NCBI GenBank assembly: GCA_963678065.2
Contig: CAXXVZ010000003.1
Span: 832,001 to 896,000 of the forward strand
Source: Treponemataceae bacterium
GTDB lineage: Bacteria > Spirochaetota > Spirochaetia > Treponematales > Rectinemataceae
Length of the DNA: 64,000 nt
Direction: 5' to 3'
The notes beneath the pieces are model-generated. The model made no database searches. It was not told the DNA's origin and saw only the letters and a program-made list of their open reading frames with translations. Positions 47,566 through 58,611 of the stretch are shown here, piece after piece (positions within the stretch are counted from its first letter, which is position 1; every line of letters begins with the position of its first letter). The position numbers and the translations under genes were made by a program.

Positions 47566-49041
47566 ATGAAACTGACCAGCCTCGCGATCTTCATGGTGAT
47601 TCTGTTGACTGGGCGCGTAGCCGCAGCCGATTTCGTGCCAGTGCCAGTCGGGACAGGCTTTCCTGCGTTTCGTCTGCCGGCGGCAGCCCCCGGCGGCCAT
47701 ATCGTCTACAGCAGAATACTTCCGGGCAAGGCGGTAGCCGCCGGATTGCAGGCGGATTTATTGATCTCCAAGCTTTTCGTCATGAATCCGGACGGCACCG
47801 GTGCGCAGCCCTTCCTCGCGACCCCGGATCTTTCACAGTTCAAGGAAGCCAGATGGTCGCCCGCGTACGATCGGCTCGCTTTCACCTCGGACTTCCTGAA
47901 CTCGCGCTCCGCATGCATGACCGACATCTTCGAGGCGCGCGCCGACGGGCTCGTACGCCGCGTGACCGGCCAGGATATTGTCGGCCCCGCTCCAGCGGGG
48001 TATGGGTCGGTCCACGGGCGTGTCGATCCCAATTCCTCCGATGGCTCCATCGCCGGCCGGTATGGCTCGGAAATCAACATCACGGCGCAGGGCGCCAATG
48101 GTGCCATCGTCCATCCGGGACTGCAGAACAATGACTTCATCATCCCACAGGTTGCGGCAGGAGATGCAGTCTGGATCAAAGTCTGGGCTTCCTCCCAGAT
48201 TGGGACGTTGAAGTTGGTGACGGTCCGCCCCGGCGAGACCACTGATGCGGGAGTAATCAAACTGAACGAGGGCGTGTTCACGGCGAGCAAAGGCAGTCTG
48301 TCGACTGATGGAAGATTCCTGGTGGGAATGGGAGGGATTTCCCAGATAACGATGACACAGGGAGGCCTCAACACCGCCATTGGCCAGACAGCAGAGGCTT
48401 TTCAGCCAGGACTGCAAAAGACACAAGAGGGATCTGAATCGATCTGCATCTACGACAGGCTGACCGGGGCATTGGTAGGGAGCGTAGACAACGGCAAGCT
48501 GGCCTATGAGACGGCCAGAGACCCGGCCCTGTCGCCTGACGGAACGTGGATCGCGTGCGCGTGGGGGAAGGCGACCCAGGAGAACCTGTCGCTCTTGTCG
48601 CTGGAGAGTGTCATGGCTGGGCGCCCCTCTCCTCAGGTTCTGGTTCCGGGGCAGATGCTGATGTTCCAGCCGGGAGCGCCGATGGTGGGCTGCGGAACTC
48701 CCGCCTGGTCTCCCGACGGGCGCTGGATCGTCTTCACCCGGACGGTCGTGCTGAGTGGAGGTATCTGCAGTGGAGGGATCTGGGTAGTCTCGCCCAGTGG
48801 TTCGGGTCTGAGAGAGATTGCCTCGCTGGGGATCGGGCGTATCTGCTGTCAGCCCTGCTTTTCTCCCGATGGGAAAAAGGTAGCATTCACTGCTCTGACC
48901 GGAAAGTTTGGTCCGATCAAGATTGAGCAACTCATCGGACAGCAGTTCAGCCTGGACCTGTTCACGGTGGATCTGCAGACCGGGAGGATCGAGCAGATCA
49001 CGCGGGACGGCGCGTCCTGTGAGCCCGCTTGGGGCCGTTAA
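47566..49041 (+). CDS. secreted TolB-like (PD40 repeat) protein
   Basis: Signal peptide; WSPAY, LSPDG, WSPDG, FSPDG repeats. Confidence 0.8.
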   Translation: MKLTSLAIFMVILLTGRVAAADFVPVPVGTGFPAFRLPAAAPGGHIVYSRILPGKAVAAGLQADLLISKLFVMNPDGTGAQPFLATPDLSQFKEARWSPAYDRLAFTSDFLNSRSACMTDIFEARADGLVRRVTGQDIVGPAPAGYGSVHGRVDPNSSDGSIAGRYGSEINITAQGANGAIVHPGLQNNDFIIPQVAAGDAVWIKVWASSQIGTLKLVTVRPGETTDAGVIKLNEGVFTASKGSLSTDGRFLVGMGGISQITMTQGGLNTAIGQTAEAFQPGLQKTQEGSESICIYDRLTGALVGSVDNGKLAYETARDPALSPDGTWIACAWGKATQENLSLLSLESVMAGRPSPQVLVPGQMLMFQPGAPMVGCGTPAWSPDGRWIVFTRTVVLSGGICSGGIWVVSPSGSGLREIASLGIGRICCQPCFSPDGKKVAFTALTGKFGPIKIEQLIGQQFSLDLFTVDLQTGRIEQITRDGASCEPAWGR

Positions 49042-49139
49042 GGCGCTTTCTCCGTGCTCGGGAGAGGATCTCTTTCGCCCTTTCGTGGTATGGAGAGCAT
49101 CCAGAGAGCAGTCCGAGAAGAAGTCTTGCGCAGTCACTC

Positions 49140-50237
49140 TCAGGTCGACGAGTCTCCCCCGAGCAGCTCGATCCTCGTGAACACGCTGTCGAGGCTGTCC
49201 GATCGGAGAACGAAGCGCTTGCACTCTCCCCTTCCCAGCACTTCAACGCCGAGAGCTTCGCGTTCGAGGTATTCGCTCGGGTCCTCGCCGCAGCGGAAGT
49301 GGACAAGTGAAATCTGCTTGCCCGCGATTTCGATGCCGGTGAACCCGTGTCGACCTGTGGCGCAGCCGGAGTTGAACATGCAGGGAATCAGGAGGGCCTT
49401 ATCCTCGTACAGACTCGTGGAAAGATCGTGGCGCATCTCGTGACGCCGCATTCCCTCGATCGCGGTCCGGAAAATGCCGATGAGTCGGGCTATCTCTCTC
49501 CGCCTCTCGGTGTCGGCGCCGGGATACTCGCCGAGGAGAATCTCGATGGACCATCGCAGGCTGTCGTATTTCGAGAAGGACTCGAAGAGTGGCCTGTGGG
49601 TGTGTCCCGTAATCGTCACGATGCCCGCCTGCCGCGTCGCGCGGTATATCTTGCGCTCGGCGCGGTAGCGGTGCAGTGATTCGGGAGAAACGCTGGAATT
49701 ACGTATGTGGAAAGGTTTTGCGAGATAGCGCAGGAAGAAGTCGGAGACCTCGTTCATCTTCGCATAGACATGGTTGGCCTGGTGGCCGTGGAAAACCAGG
49801 ATTTTCTTCCCGCCCATGTCCAGCACAAGGCTCTCGATGAGCCGATAGGGATAGGAATCGAGCGAGAGCAGGCCGAGATCGTGGTTGCCCACTATCTTTC
49901 TCAACCTGTTCTCCGCGGCGAAAGCATCAAAGACAGCGAAAAGTTCTGCCCATGCCCTCTTTATGGCGTCGTACCGGAATTTCCCAAGGTCTTCAATGTC
50001 TCCGTTGAGGACAAGGGTGTAGCCCTGCGGAAGGTAATAACCACCCAGAACGAAGAGAATCTGGCTCCTGTTCCTCCTGAGATCGTCGGCCGAGGAGCCA
50101 TTCCCCATGTGAAAGTCGCTCAGGAAGACAAGCTTGGACTCATCGCTGAGCTTTTCAGTCGGGCCTTCCTTGAGCATATGGTCGAAGCGGGCCATGAACT
50201 CGTCGAACCTCAATTCGCATGCCCCCTTCAGGAACAT
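49140..50237 (-). CDS. calcineurin-like metallophosphoesterase
   Basis: SDFH, GDIED, GNHD, FHGH, GHTH; start uncertain. Confidence 0.85.
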   Translation of the reverse strand: MFLKGACELRFDEFMARFDHMLKEGPTEKLSDESKLVFLSDFHMGNGSSADDLRRNRSQILFVLGGYYLPQGYTLVLNGDIEDLGKFRYDAIKRAWAELFAVFDAFAAENRLRKIVGNHDLGLLSLDSYPYRLIESLVLDMGGKKILVFHGHQANHVYAKMNEVSDFFLRYLAKPFHIRNSSVSPESLHRYRAERKIYRATRQAGIVTITGHTHRPLFESFSKYDSLRWSIEILLGEYPGADTERRREIARLIGIFRTAIEGMRRHEMRHDLSTSLYEDKALLIPCMFNSGCATGRHGFTGIEIAGKQISLVHFRCGEDPSEYLEREALGVEVLGRGECKRFVLRSDSLDSVFTRIELLGGDSST

Positions 50238-50302
50238 ACTTCGGCGCCAACCCAACCGGCATCATCCCGATACGGATTTTCCCTGTCTGAAACTCTGCCC
50301 GC

Positions 50303-51652
50303 TCAGCGTTCGGGAATGGAGAGATCGTACTCGTGGATCTTGTTGAGCAAGGTCCGCCTGGTTATGCCGAGCTCCTCGGCCGTCCGCTCTCTGTGATATG
50401 TGTTCCGCAACAGAGCCTTCTCGATAGCCTCTCGCTCGAGTTCGGCGAGGCTTCTGACCTTCTCCCTGTTTCCGTTCTCTCCCCTCCCGGATGAAGCGCG
50501 CGACCCGCCGCTAAAGAATACAAAATCGCGAAGCTGCAGGACGGGTCCGTCCGAAAGGATCACTGCCCGTTCGATGGCATTCTCGAGCTCCCGCACATTT
50601 CCGGGAAAATCATAACTCTGCAGCTGCGAGAGAGCCTCGGGGGAGATGCCTTGGATCTTTCTGCCGAGCTCCGCGGCGAAGCGGCCGAGAAAGTGCCCCG
50701 CGAGCAGGGGTATGTCGCCCCTGCGCTCGCGCAAGGGGGGCAGAGAGAGACGGATGACATTGATCCGGTAATAGAGATCCTCTCGGAACCGTCCCTCGCG
50801 GACTTCCGCCTCGAGGTTCTTGTTTGTGGCGGCCACGATGCGCGCGTCGAAGGGTATGCCTTTGAGGGCGCCGAGTCTCTGCACCTTTCTGTCCTGGATG
50901 GCCCTGAGGAGCTTGACCTGGAGATGGAGGGGAATTTCGCCGATCTCATCGAGAAAAAGGGTGCCGCCATGGGCGGTCTCGAAAAGTCCGGCCTTGCGCG
51001 CATCTGCGCCGGTGAAGGCCCCCTTCTCGTAGCCAAAAAGCTCGCTCTCCATGAGTTGTTCGGGAAGGGCTCCCATGTTGACGGGAACAAAGGCTCCTTG
51101 TCTGCCGGAGAGCGTGTGTATCATCCTCGCCACGACTTCCTTGCCCGTTCCGCTCTCGCCCGTCACGAGGATGGTGGCCTGCGAAGGGGCGGCACGGTTC
51201 ACGAGCCTCAGGACTTCCCGCATGCCGTGGCTATCCCCTATGAGGTCAGGTCCCCCCTCCTTCCTGCGCCCCGCATCGAGCGATGACTGGGCGTTCCGGC
51301 CGGCGACAGCCTTCTGGAGGCGCATGAGGAGCTCGTCCGGATCGAAGGGTTTGACGAGGTAGTCGTAGGCGCCGAGTTTCATGGCGAGCACCGCGTCCCT
51401 GACCTCGCCGTGGGCCGAAATGACGATAACAGGCACCGAGGGGCCCGATTCGCGTATCCACCGGAGCAAGTCGAGTCCATCCAGACCTGGCATGCGCAGG
51501 TCAGTCACGACGGCGTCGAAGGGTTCTTCCTCGAGAAGCTTCTTGCCCGAGAGTCCGTCGTGGGCGAGGCTCACTTCCACCGCCTCGGGTTCGAGAAAAT
51601 CGGCGAGCGAACGGGCGAGCCGTTTTTCATCGTCGACGATAAGAACCTTCAT
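50303..51652 (-). CDS. sigma-54-dependent response regulator (NtrC family)
   Basis: REC domain, GESGTGKE, GAFTGA, Fis HTH. Confidence 0.95.
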   Translation of the reverse strand: MKVLIVDDEKRLARSLADFLEPEAVEVSLAHDGLSGKKLLEEEPFDAVVTDLRMPGLDGLDLLRWIRESGPSVPVIVISAHGEVRDAVLAMKLGAYDYLVKPFDPDELLMRLQKAVAGRNAQSSLDAGRRKEGGPDLIGDSHGMREVLRLVNRAAPSQATILVTGESGTGKEVVARMIHTLSGRQGAFVPVNMGALPEQLMESELFGYEKGAFTGADARKAGLFETAHGGTLFLDEIGEIPLHLQVKLLRAIQDRKVQRLGALKGIPFDARIVAATNKNLEAEVREGRFREDLYYRINVIRLSLPPLRERRGDIPLLAGHFLGRFAAELGRKIQGISPEALSQLQSYDFPGNVRELENAIERAVILSDGPVLQLRDFVFFSGGSRASSGRGENGNREKVRSLAELEREAIEKALLRNTYHRERTAEELGITRRTLLNKIHEYDLSIPER

Positions 51653-51721
51653 GCGCCTCTCCTTGCCTGCAAAAAACCGCTCCGTCTTGAAACTATCGGG
51701 CGGATGCCTATACTTTACACC

Positions 51722-52558
51722 ATGAGAGAATCGGTAAGAAGCAGAAAAATCAGGGAGCCCGCGGTTTCCGGACTATTCTATCCGGGGAGCGCCCCGCTTC
51801 TCAAGGAACAGGTGCGAGGCCTGCTCGACACGAGCTTTCCCTGCCTCGACACTGCGCGCGCCATCACCTCTCCGCATGGCTGCTTTGATTTTTCAGGCTC
51901 CATCGCGGCGATGGCCTGGAAGGCCGCCTCTGGCCGCCAGGAAGTGCAGACCGTCGTGATTCTTTCGCCCTATCACAGGGCGACGGACGACTCTGTCTAC
52001 TTCACGGAATCAGAAGTATTCGGGACGCCATCGGGAAAGATCGATGTCGATCTCGAACTCGTTTCCGAATTGCAGGACTGCGCCACGGGATTCACCGTGG
52101 ACGACATCCCCCATCTCGTGGAACACGGTATCGAAGTCCAGCTCCCGTTCATGAGGGCCATCTTCCCGGAGGCCAAACTCGTTCCGATACTCATGGGCCG
52201 ACCCTCACTCCGCTCCACTATATCCCTCGCAAAAGCTCTCGGCCTCGTCTTCGCAAACTGCATGGACCACTGTCTCTTCGTCATCTCTTCCAACATCACG
52301 GCAGACAGAGACAGGGCGAAGGCGGGGGAAAAAGCGGGGCTGCTGCTGTCGCGCGCCCTGTCGGGTGACTGGAAAGCCATCCTCGACACGTCGGTCGCCG
52401 AGGAATATCCCTGCGGTTCATCCTGTCTCGCCGCCTTCATGGCCTCTTCCCTGGCTGCTGACCTCTCGCCCCAGGTGCTGGCCACCGGCGACTCGGCCGG
52501 ATTCGGCACCTGCGAGGAAGCCTACGTCGTGGAATACGCAGCCCTCGCCTTCGCCTGA
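51722..52558 (+). CDS. MEMO1-family protein (AmmeMemoRadiSam protein B)
   Basis: IREPAVSGLFYP, EHGIEVQLPF, PCG. Confidence 0.88.
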   Translation: MRESVRSRKIREPAVSGLFYPGSAPLLKEQVRGLLDTSFPCLDTARAITSPHGCFDFSGSIAAMAWKAASGRQEVQTVVILSPYHRATDDSVYFTESEVFGTPSGKIDVDLELVSELQDCATGFTVDDIPHLVEHGIEVQLPFMRAIFPEAKLVPILMGRPSLRSTISLAKALGLVFANCMDHCLFVISSNITADRDRAKAGEKAGLLLSRALSGDWKAILDTSVAEEYPCGSSCLAAFMASSLAADLSPQVLATGDSAGFGTCEEAYVVEYAALAFA

Positions 52559-52578
52559 ACTGCTGCCAGGCCGTTCTT

Positions 52579-53766
52579 TCAGTTCGAGGCTTCTGCCCGG
52601 CTTTCCGGCTTGTCACTCCGCTTCAGTTTCTTCATGACTTTTTTGTACCAGAACACCCGTCCGAGTTCGGCGAAGCGAAATAGCGTGTAGGCGAGCTTGC
52701 GGCAGGGATAGTCCCAGGAACCGGCCTTGTGGAGGATGGAGCCTCCAAAGCCTGTCTTGAAGCGGTAGAGTCCCGCCATGGGATGACCGGGATCGTCTGT
52801 GGGCGGGATGCCATAAAAATCGTAGTCGATGCAGCCAAAGGCATGCGCGGCGCGTATGGCGGCCCACTGCAGGGCATAGGCGGGCATGAGGTTGCGTTGC
52901 TGGTCTGATGAAGCGCCGTAGAGATAGACGGCGCGGCCGTTCATGAAGAGAGTTATGATGGCGGCGAGATCCTCTCCGGCATGGCGGGCAATCCAGATCC
53001 TGAGATCGGCGCCCGAACCGGCCTCGGTCGCCAGCGCCGCAAGTCGTTCATAGTAGGCCCGTGGGTGCAGGGCTATCCTGTCCCTGCGTGCGGTGAGCTC
53101 GTAGAGGCGATAGAACCGTCCGACGGCCTCAAGACCCTTGTCAGCCTTCTCCCCCACGCACGCTTCTTCTATTTCGACACCTTTTTTTTCGGCGAGCCTG
53201 ATGTTGTAGCGCCACTTCGGTTTCATGGCGGCGAGAAGCTCTTCCACGCCGAGTCCGAGATCGAGAAGGACTGTGTCGGGCGGCTGGACGTCGGAGGCTG
53301 CACGCACGAGCGGTTTCCCGACAGAAGGCCGCGCGAGCCCTGGCACGGCTCCGGGTTCCTCCGCCCCAAGCTCTTCCCTCAGCGCCCAGGGAGGATCGAA
53401 GCGGATGAACAGACAGCGGGACGAGAGCTCGGCGCGCAACGCGCGCGACAGCTCTGCGAGAAAGCCAGCCCTCTCCCCTTCGGGCAGGCCGAAAGCTGGA
53501 CCGTCGGGAACATACGCAAAGGTAAAGATACCCGCGACTTTCCGCTCGAGCACGAGGAGGGTCGACTGCTCTCCCCGCCACTCGATGCTGAACAGCCTGT
53601 CCTTCCACCCGAAAGCGCGTTTGAACTCACCCCAAAAGGGAGTCTGAAGGAAACTCGCCCGCGGGAATCCGTCCGCTCCGGCCAGCGCACGCAGTCCACC
53701 ATACTCCGCTTTGTCCAGGGTGTCATCGCGGGCGTCCTGGCGCGCGGGGACGACGCGGATGGTCAA
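52579..53766 (-). CDS. FemABX-family peptidoglycan amino-acid transferase
   Basis: FLQTPFWGEFK, KWRYNIRLAEKKGV, YLYGAS, YDFYGIP, FKTGFGG. Confidence 0.9.
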   Translation of the reverse strand: MTIRVVPARQDARDDTLDKAEYGGLRALAGADGFPRASFLQTPFWGEFKRAFGWKDRLFSIEWRGEQSTLLVLERKVAGIFTFAYVPDGPAFGLPEGERAGFLAELSRALRAELSSRCLFIRFDPPWALREELGAEEPGAVPGLARPSVGKPLVRAASDVQPPDTVLLDLGLGVEELLAAMKPKWRYNIRLAEKKGVEIEEACVGEKADKGLEAVGRFYRLYELTARRDRIALHPRAYYERLAALATEAGSGADLRIWIARHAGEDLAAIITLFMNGRAVYLYGASSDQQRNLMPAYALQWAAIRAAHAFGCIDYDFYGIPPTDDPGHPMAGLYRFKTGFGGSILHKAGSWDYPCRKLAYTLFRFAELGRVFWYKKVMKKLKRSDKPESRAEASN

Positions 53767-56099
53767 CCGACCTCGCCCTCGGGAACCAGTCCCAGAACGA
53801 AGGCGTTTTCATCGGCCTGCAGTTTCTTTGTGCCGCAGAAAACCGAGCCCCCTTCGGCGCGCAAGGGGATGGAGAAGAATGTGTCGACGTCGATCTCTGG
53901 CGGGACATGGCTCTCGCCGGATTGTCCCTCAAGCCTGACGCTGGCGCCCGGCGAGGCCCAGGGAGCACAGAGGACTTCGACGGCTTCCTTGCCGCCCTCC
54001 CCTTTCCGGGAGGCCGCGAGGAGCATGCCCCGGCTCTCGGTGCCGCGGAGTTTTGCAGGCTTCAGGTTGTTCACAAGGACGATGTTCTTGCCGAGGAGTT
54101 CCTCTTCTCTGTAGTAGGGCACGAGGCCCGATACGATCACGCGCTCCGCGCCGGAACCGTCGTCCAGTGTCTCGATGTAGAGCTTGTCCGCCTTGGGATG
54201 GCGCTCGATCTTCACGATCTTCGCGACGCGCAGGTCGACGAGCTTCGCAAAGCGCTCCTCGACGGGAAGATCGGCGAAAGGCAGCGGGGCCACAGCTTTG
54301 GCCGGAGTCAGGGCAGGTTTTCCTTCTTTCTTCGGTTCGGCGGCGGCTGGTCCCGGCGCTGAGGCGCCCGATACGGCATCGGCGGAAACAGTCGCGGCGC
54401 TCCCTCGCTCAGCCCTCTCCTTCTGGCTTCCGGAATATCGGGCGCGGTACTCGGCAATCTTCTCGTCCTCGAGCTTCGCGAAGAGGACTTCGCTTCGCAG
54501 TACCCTGTCGAGGCCCTCGGTCTTTCCGATATCGGACCAAGCGAGACCCTCGCCGCCGATAGTCTTTCCAAAGAAGGATGCGAGCTTGTCGGCGACAGCG
54601 GGCATGTAGGGATGCGCGATGATGGCGAGATCCTTGACTATGTACGTGAGGTCGCGGATGAGGGCAGCAGCCTTCGCGGGCTCGCTCGTCCGGGTCTTCC
54701 AGGGTTCGCCGTCCTGGAAGTGCTTGTTGGCGAGATTGGCGAGCTGGAAGGCGCTCCGGAAGGCGTCGCGCAGCTCGGCGCGCTCGAATCTGGCCGTGAC
54801 CTCGTCTTCGAGTTCCTGCACCTTCGCGCGGAAGATGGGATCGGGCTCTCCTTCGGGAATGACTCCGCCGTAGTAGCGGGACACGAAGGTCAGGGTGCGG
54901 TTCACGAGGTTGCCGAGGTTGCCGATGAGTTCGGCGTTCACCTTCTCCTGAAAATCGGTCCAGGTGAAGGTGAAGTCGCTCTTTTCCGGGCGGTTGTAGA
55001 AGATGTAGAAACGCCAGACATCGGCGGGTATGCCGGACTCGACCGCGTCGTTGCCGAATACGCCGACGCCGGCCGACTTGGAGAACTTGCCCGCCTCGTA
55101 GTTGAGGTATTCGGTGGAGGACATGTGGTGGAGCATGGTCCACTTCCTGCCCGAGCCGAGGAGACTCGAGGGGAAGATGACCGTGTGGAAGGGGATATTG
55201 TCCTTGCCGATAAACTGGAAGAGTTCGGTGTTTTCGGGATCGCGCCACCAGGATTCCCAGGAGAATCCCTTCTCGTCACCGGCGCAGGCGGTTATGGAGA
55301 TGTAGCCGATGGGAGCGTCGAACCAGACATAGAAGACCTTGTCCTCGAAGCCTTTCTTGGGAACGGGGATGCCCCACTTGAGGTCGCGGGTGATCGCGCG
55401 CTCCTTGAGGCCGTCGCGGATCCAGGCCTGGGTCATCTGGATGGCGTTGTTCGCCCAGAAGCCCTTCACGGAAGCTTCCTTCATCCAGGCTTCGAGCTTC
55501 GGGCGGACGGCGGGAAGATCGATGTAGAGATGAGTCGTCGACTTGAGGTGGGGAGTGCCACCGCATACGGAACATTTCGGTTCCTTCAGTTCGGTCGGAT
55601 CGAGGAGTTTCCCGCAGGACTCGCACTGGTCGCCTCTGGCTCCCGGATAGCCGCATGCGGGGCAGGTCCCCCTCACATAGCGGTCGGCGAGGAAACGCGC
55701 GCAGCTGTCGCAGTAGAGCTGCTCTATCGTCTGCTGTTTGATGAAGCCGTTTTTGTCCAGGTCGAGGAAGATCGACTGGGTGATCTCGGTCTGGCGCTGG
55801 GTCGAGGTGCGGCCGAACTTGTCGAAATCAATTCCGAACCATGAATAGATATCGCGGTGCAGGGCGTGGAAGCGGTCGCAGAGTTCGCGCGGCGTGATGC
55901 CTTCCTCGAGGGCCTTGGTCTCTGTGGCAGTGCCGTACTCGTCCGTACCGCAGACATAGAGGGTCTCGTAGCCGCGAAGGCGGCAGAAGCGGGCGAAGAC
56001 GTCCGCCGAAAGGACCTGTATGAGATTTCCCAGGTGGGGAACATTGTTGACATAGGGAAGTGCGGAGGTGATGAGGCGTCGTTTCATGGTTAAGGACAA
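53763..56099 (-). CDS. metG: methionine--tRNA ligase
   Basis: PHLGN, Zn knuckles, YVWFDAP, KFSKS, C-terminal tRNA-binding domain. Confidence 0.97.
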   Translation of the reverse strand: MSLTMKRRLITSALPYVNNVPHLGNLIQVLSADVFARFCRLRGYETLYVCGTDEYGTATETKALEEGITPRELCDRFHALHRDIYSWFGIDFDKFGRTSTQRQTEITQSIFLDLDKNGFIKQQTIEQLYCDSCARFLADRYVRGTCPACGYPGARGDQCESCGKLLDPTELKEPKCSVCGGTPHLKSTTHLYIDLPAVRPKLEAWMKEASVKGFWANNAIQMTQAWIRDGLKERAITRDLKWGIPVPKKGFEDKVFYVWFDAPIGYISITACAGDEKGFSWESWWRDPENTELFQFIGKDNIPFHTVIFPSSLLGSGRKWTMLHHMSSTEYLNYEAGKFSKSAGVGVFGNDAVESGIPADVWRFYIFYNRPEKSDFTFTWTDFQEKVNAELIGNLGNLVNRTLTFVSRYYGGVIPEGEPDPIFRAKVQELEDEVTARFERAELRDAFRSAFQLANLANKHFQDGEPWKTRTSEPAKAAALIRDLTYIVKDLAIIAHPYMPAVADKLASFFGKTIGGEGLAWSDIGKTEGLDRVLRSEVLFAKLEDEKIAEYRARYSGSQKERAERGSAATVSADAVSGASAPGPAAAEPKKEGKPALTPAKAVAPLPFADLPVEERFAKLVDLRVAKIVKIERHPKADKLYIETLDDGSGAERVIVSGLVPYYREEELLGKNIVLVNNLKPAKLRGTESRGMLLAASRKGEGGKEAVEVLCAPWASPGASVRLEGQSGESHVPPEIDVDTFFSIPLRAEGGSVFCGTKKLQADENAFVLGLVPEGEVG

Positions 56100-56162
56100 T
56101 AATCGTCCGGTCGAGGGGCTGTCAAGTTCGGCGACCTCATGATACTATTCCGACCCGAAGAA

Positions 56163-56453
56163 ATGGTAGTATCGATGATCCAGGTCGTCTTCGAATTGCC
56201 CGAATCGACGTCCCTCAAAGACAAACGCCGCGTTGTCTCCGCGGTCAAGGAAAGGACCAGGCGCAAATTCCGCGTCTCCTGCGCTGAGGTGGATCTCCAC
56301 GATTCCCTCCGCTTCGCGCAGGTCGGGGCCGCCCTCGTGTCCAATTCCCGGGAATTCGGGGAGAAGGTGATGGAGTCCGTCCTCTCTTTCATGGAGGATT
56401 CCTTCGACATCAAGATCCACGATTCGCAGATCCATTCCGAGATATTCGACTGA
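56163..56453 (+). CDS. DUF503 family protein
   Basis: SLKDKRRVV, FRVSCAEVD. Confidence 0.88.
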   Translation: MVVSMIQVVFELPESTSLKDKRRVVSAVKERTRRKFRVSCAEVDLHDSLRFAQVGAALVSNSREFGEKVMESVLSFMEDSFDIKIHDSQIHSEIFD

Positions 56454-56491
56454 AAACCGCGCCGCGCCGGCGCTCATCCGGAGGTTTTCCC

Positions 56492-57136
56492 GTGAAATCA
56501 AGGCCCCGATACGCTTTCCCCGCCCTCCTTCTTGCCGCCCTCGCGATGATCCTGATCCTGTCCTCCTGCGTCGACACCGACGCGCGGATCAGCATCGACA
56601 AAAAAGGCTCCGGAAACATCGTTCTCGGCTACACCGTCGCAGAAGGGCTCCTCAAGACCGGAGAGCTCGAGGCGAATGCCCGCCTCATCCCCTTCCCCGT
56701 CTCCCGCGAGGATTTCGAGCGGGGCATCGCGGGCACAAAAGGTCTCAGGCTCGTCTCGTATTCGCGCAGGGACAGCAAGGATGGAGCCATCATCTCCGCG
56801 AATATCGGCTTCGACACGCCCGCGGCCCTCGCGGCCTTCCTCGATCCCCGCGGCGAACGGGCGGCCTGGAAATCCGATGGCGGCAAGAACACCCTCACGC
56901 TGACCCTCGCTGGCGGCAATCCTTCACTCGACCCGGATATCGCCGCGCTTCTCAGGGAAGCCGCTGGTCAGGCCTCATTCAAAATTTCATTCAAGCTCCC
57001 CGCACCGGCCAGCTCCTCCACCCTCTCCGGCCAGACCGGAAAGCTTACGACCTCGGGAGACAAGACATCCTACGCGGTTCCCTTGGCGGAAATCGCGACA
57101 TCGGGATCTCCGATCGTCTGGGAAATCGTCTGGTAA
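56492..57136 (+). CDS. putative lipoprotein
   Basis: ILSSC lipobox. Confidence 0.75.
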   Translation: MKSRPRYAFPALLLAALAMILILSSCVDTDARISIDKKGSGNIVLGYTVAEGLLKTGELEANARLIPFPVSREDFERGIAGTKGLRLVSYSRRDSKDGAIISANIGFDTPAALAAFLDPRGERAAWKSDGGKNTLTLTLAGGNPSLDPDIAALLREAAGQASFKISFKLPAPASSSTLSGQTGKLTTSGDKTSYAVPLAEIATSGSPIVWEIVW

Positions 57137-57249
57137 CCCGGCAGCCCCGAGCCCGAATGCGGCGGCCAAGGCGGTGCACTCGATTACTCGATTCGGCCGG
57201 AGGGCCAGACAGCGCAGCCTCCGGCGATGCAGCGTCGGCGAGCTCTCCA

Positions 57250-58446
57250 TCAGCGCGGGTCGCCCGTGCGCCTGCCACGCGATTGGGCGCCGAGTTGCAC
57301 GGCCCGCACTATTTTCCCGAGCCCCTTTTTCTCGATTGAAAATACTGCCTCTTCCGCCGCGCGCGATTTATCCTTCGTCGTGCCGAACAGATCGCCTTGA
57401 CTCTCCTGTTCCCTTTTTTCGATATCGGCATAGCCGAGCCCGATGAGGCGAATCGCCATGCCCCGATTCCACGCTTTTTCCAGGAGGGCGAGCGCATCGG
57501 AATAGGTCTCATCCGCGGTGTCGTAAGGGGCGATCCGGGAGAGTCGCCGCGATATCGTCGAGAAATCGCTGTAGCGCAGTTTGAGCACCACAGTGCGAGA
57601 GCTGAAACCCTCATCCCACATCCTGTAGGCGAGTTCATCCGAAAGCTGGCGCAGCAGCAGCGATACCTCGACGGAATCGGCGCAGTCGAGGTCGAAGGTC
57701 CGCTCCGTGCTCATCGATTTCGATCTGCTCTCCCCCGACATCATTCCCGGGTCCATACCGCGGCTCGCCCTGTACAGAAAACCGCCGCAACCCGCGCCGA
57801 AGCGGGACAGGAGTCTGGATTCGGTCCAGGTCGCGAGTTCCGCGACCGAGCCGATGCCCGCCTCGAGAATGCGCTCGCGCGTCTTGCCTCCCGCACCCCA
57901 CAATTTTTCCAGGGGAAGTCGCCGCATGAAATCGGCCTCGGCGCCCTCGGACACCTCGACGAGACCGCGCGGTTTTTCGAGCCCCGACGCGATCTTCGCG
58001 ACATAATGATTCGAGGCGATTCCGATGGACACGGTCATCCCTGTCCAGTCCTCGACCTCGCTGCGAAGTCGTTCGGCTGCGGCGCGTGGCAGACCCCACA
58101 ATCGCTGTGTTCCCGTCATGTCGAGAAAAGCCTCATCCACGGACACACGCCTGAAATCGGGACTGTAAGATTTGAGAATCTCCATGACCCTGGCTGACAC
58201 CTCGCAGTAGCGCGACATGCGAACGGGCAGGAATATTCCCTGCGGACAGAGTCTGTACGCCTCCGACACCGGCATCGCCGAATGAACGCCGAATGCGCGC
58301 GCTTCGTAAGAGCATGTGGAAACCACTCCGCGATGCCCCGGCGCGGCCCCTACCATCACGGGCTTTCCCACGAGTCCGGGATTATCCCGCTGCTCCACCG
58401 AAGCGAAAAATGCGTCGATGTCGATGTGGAAAATAACCTTGCCCAT
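57250..58446 (-). CDS. dinB: DNA polymerase IV
   Basis: HIDIDAFFASVEQ, CSYEAR, SVDEAFLD. Confidence 0.93.
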   Translation of the reverse strand: MGKVIFHIDIDAFFASVEQRDNPGLVGKPVMVGAAPGHRGVVSTCSYEARAFGVHSAMPVSEAYRLCPQGIFLPVRMSRYCEVSARVMEILKSYSPDFRRVSVDEAFLDMTGTQRLWGLPRAAAERLRSEVEDWTGMTVSIGIASNHYVAKIASGLEKPRGLVEVSEGAEADFMRRLPLEKLWGAGGKTRERILEAGIGSVAELATWTESRLLSRFGAGCGGFLYRASRGMDPGMMSGESRSKSMSTERTFDLDCADSVEVSLLLRQLSDELAYRMWDEGFSSRTVVLKLRYSDFSTISRRLSRIAPYDTADETYSDALALLEKAWNRGMAIRLIGLGYADIEKREQESQGDLFGTTKDKSRAAEEAVFSIEKKGLGKIVRAVQLGAQSRGRRTGDPR

Positions 58447-58611
58447 TATGCGCACAGCATATGGATGAGGGCTCCGCTCAGTCAACGCACTGAGGCCGCG
58501 CGACGACCGGAGGGAAGGTGCATTTTCATGCAATCCTTGACAGCAAATGATAATTCATGTAATTTTAGATGATTAATTCACAATTTCTACCTATTTCGGA
58601 GGAAAATCCCG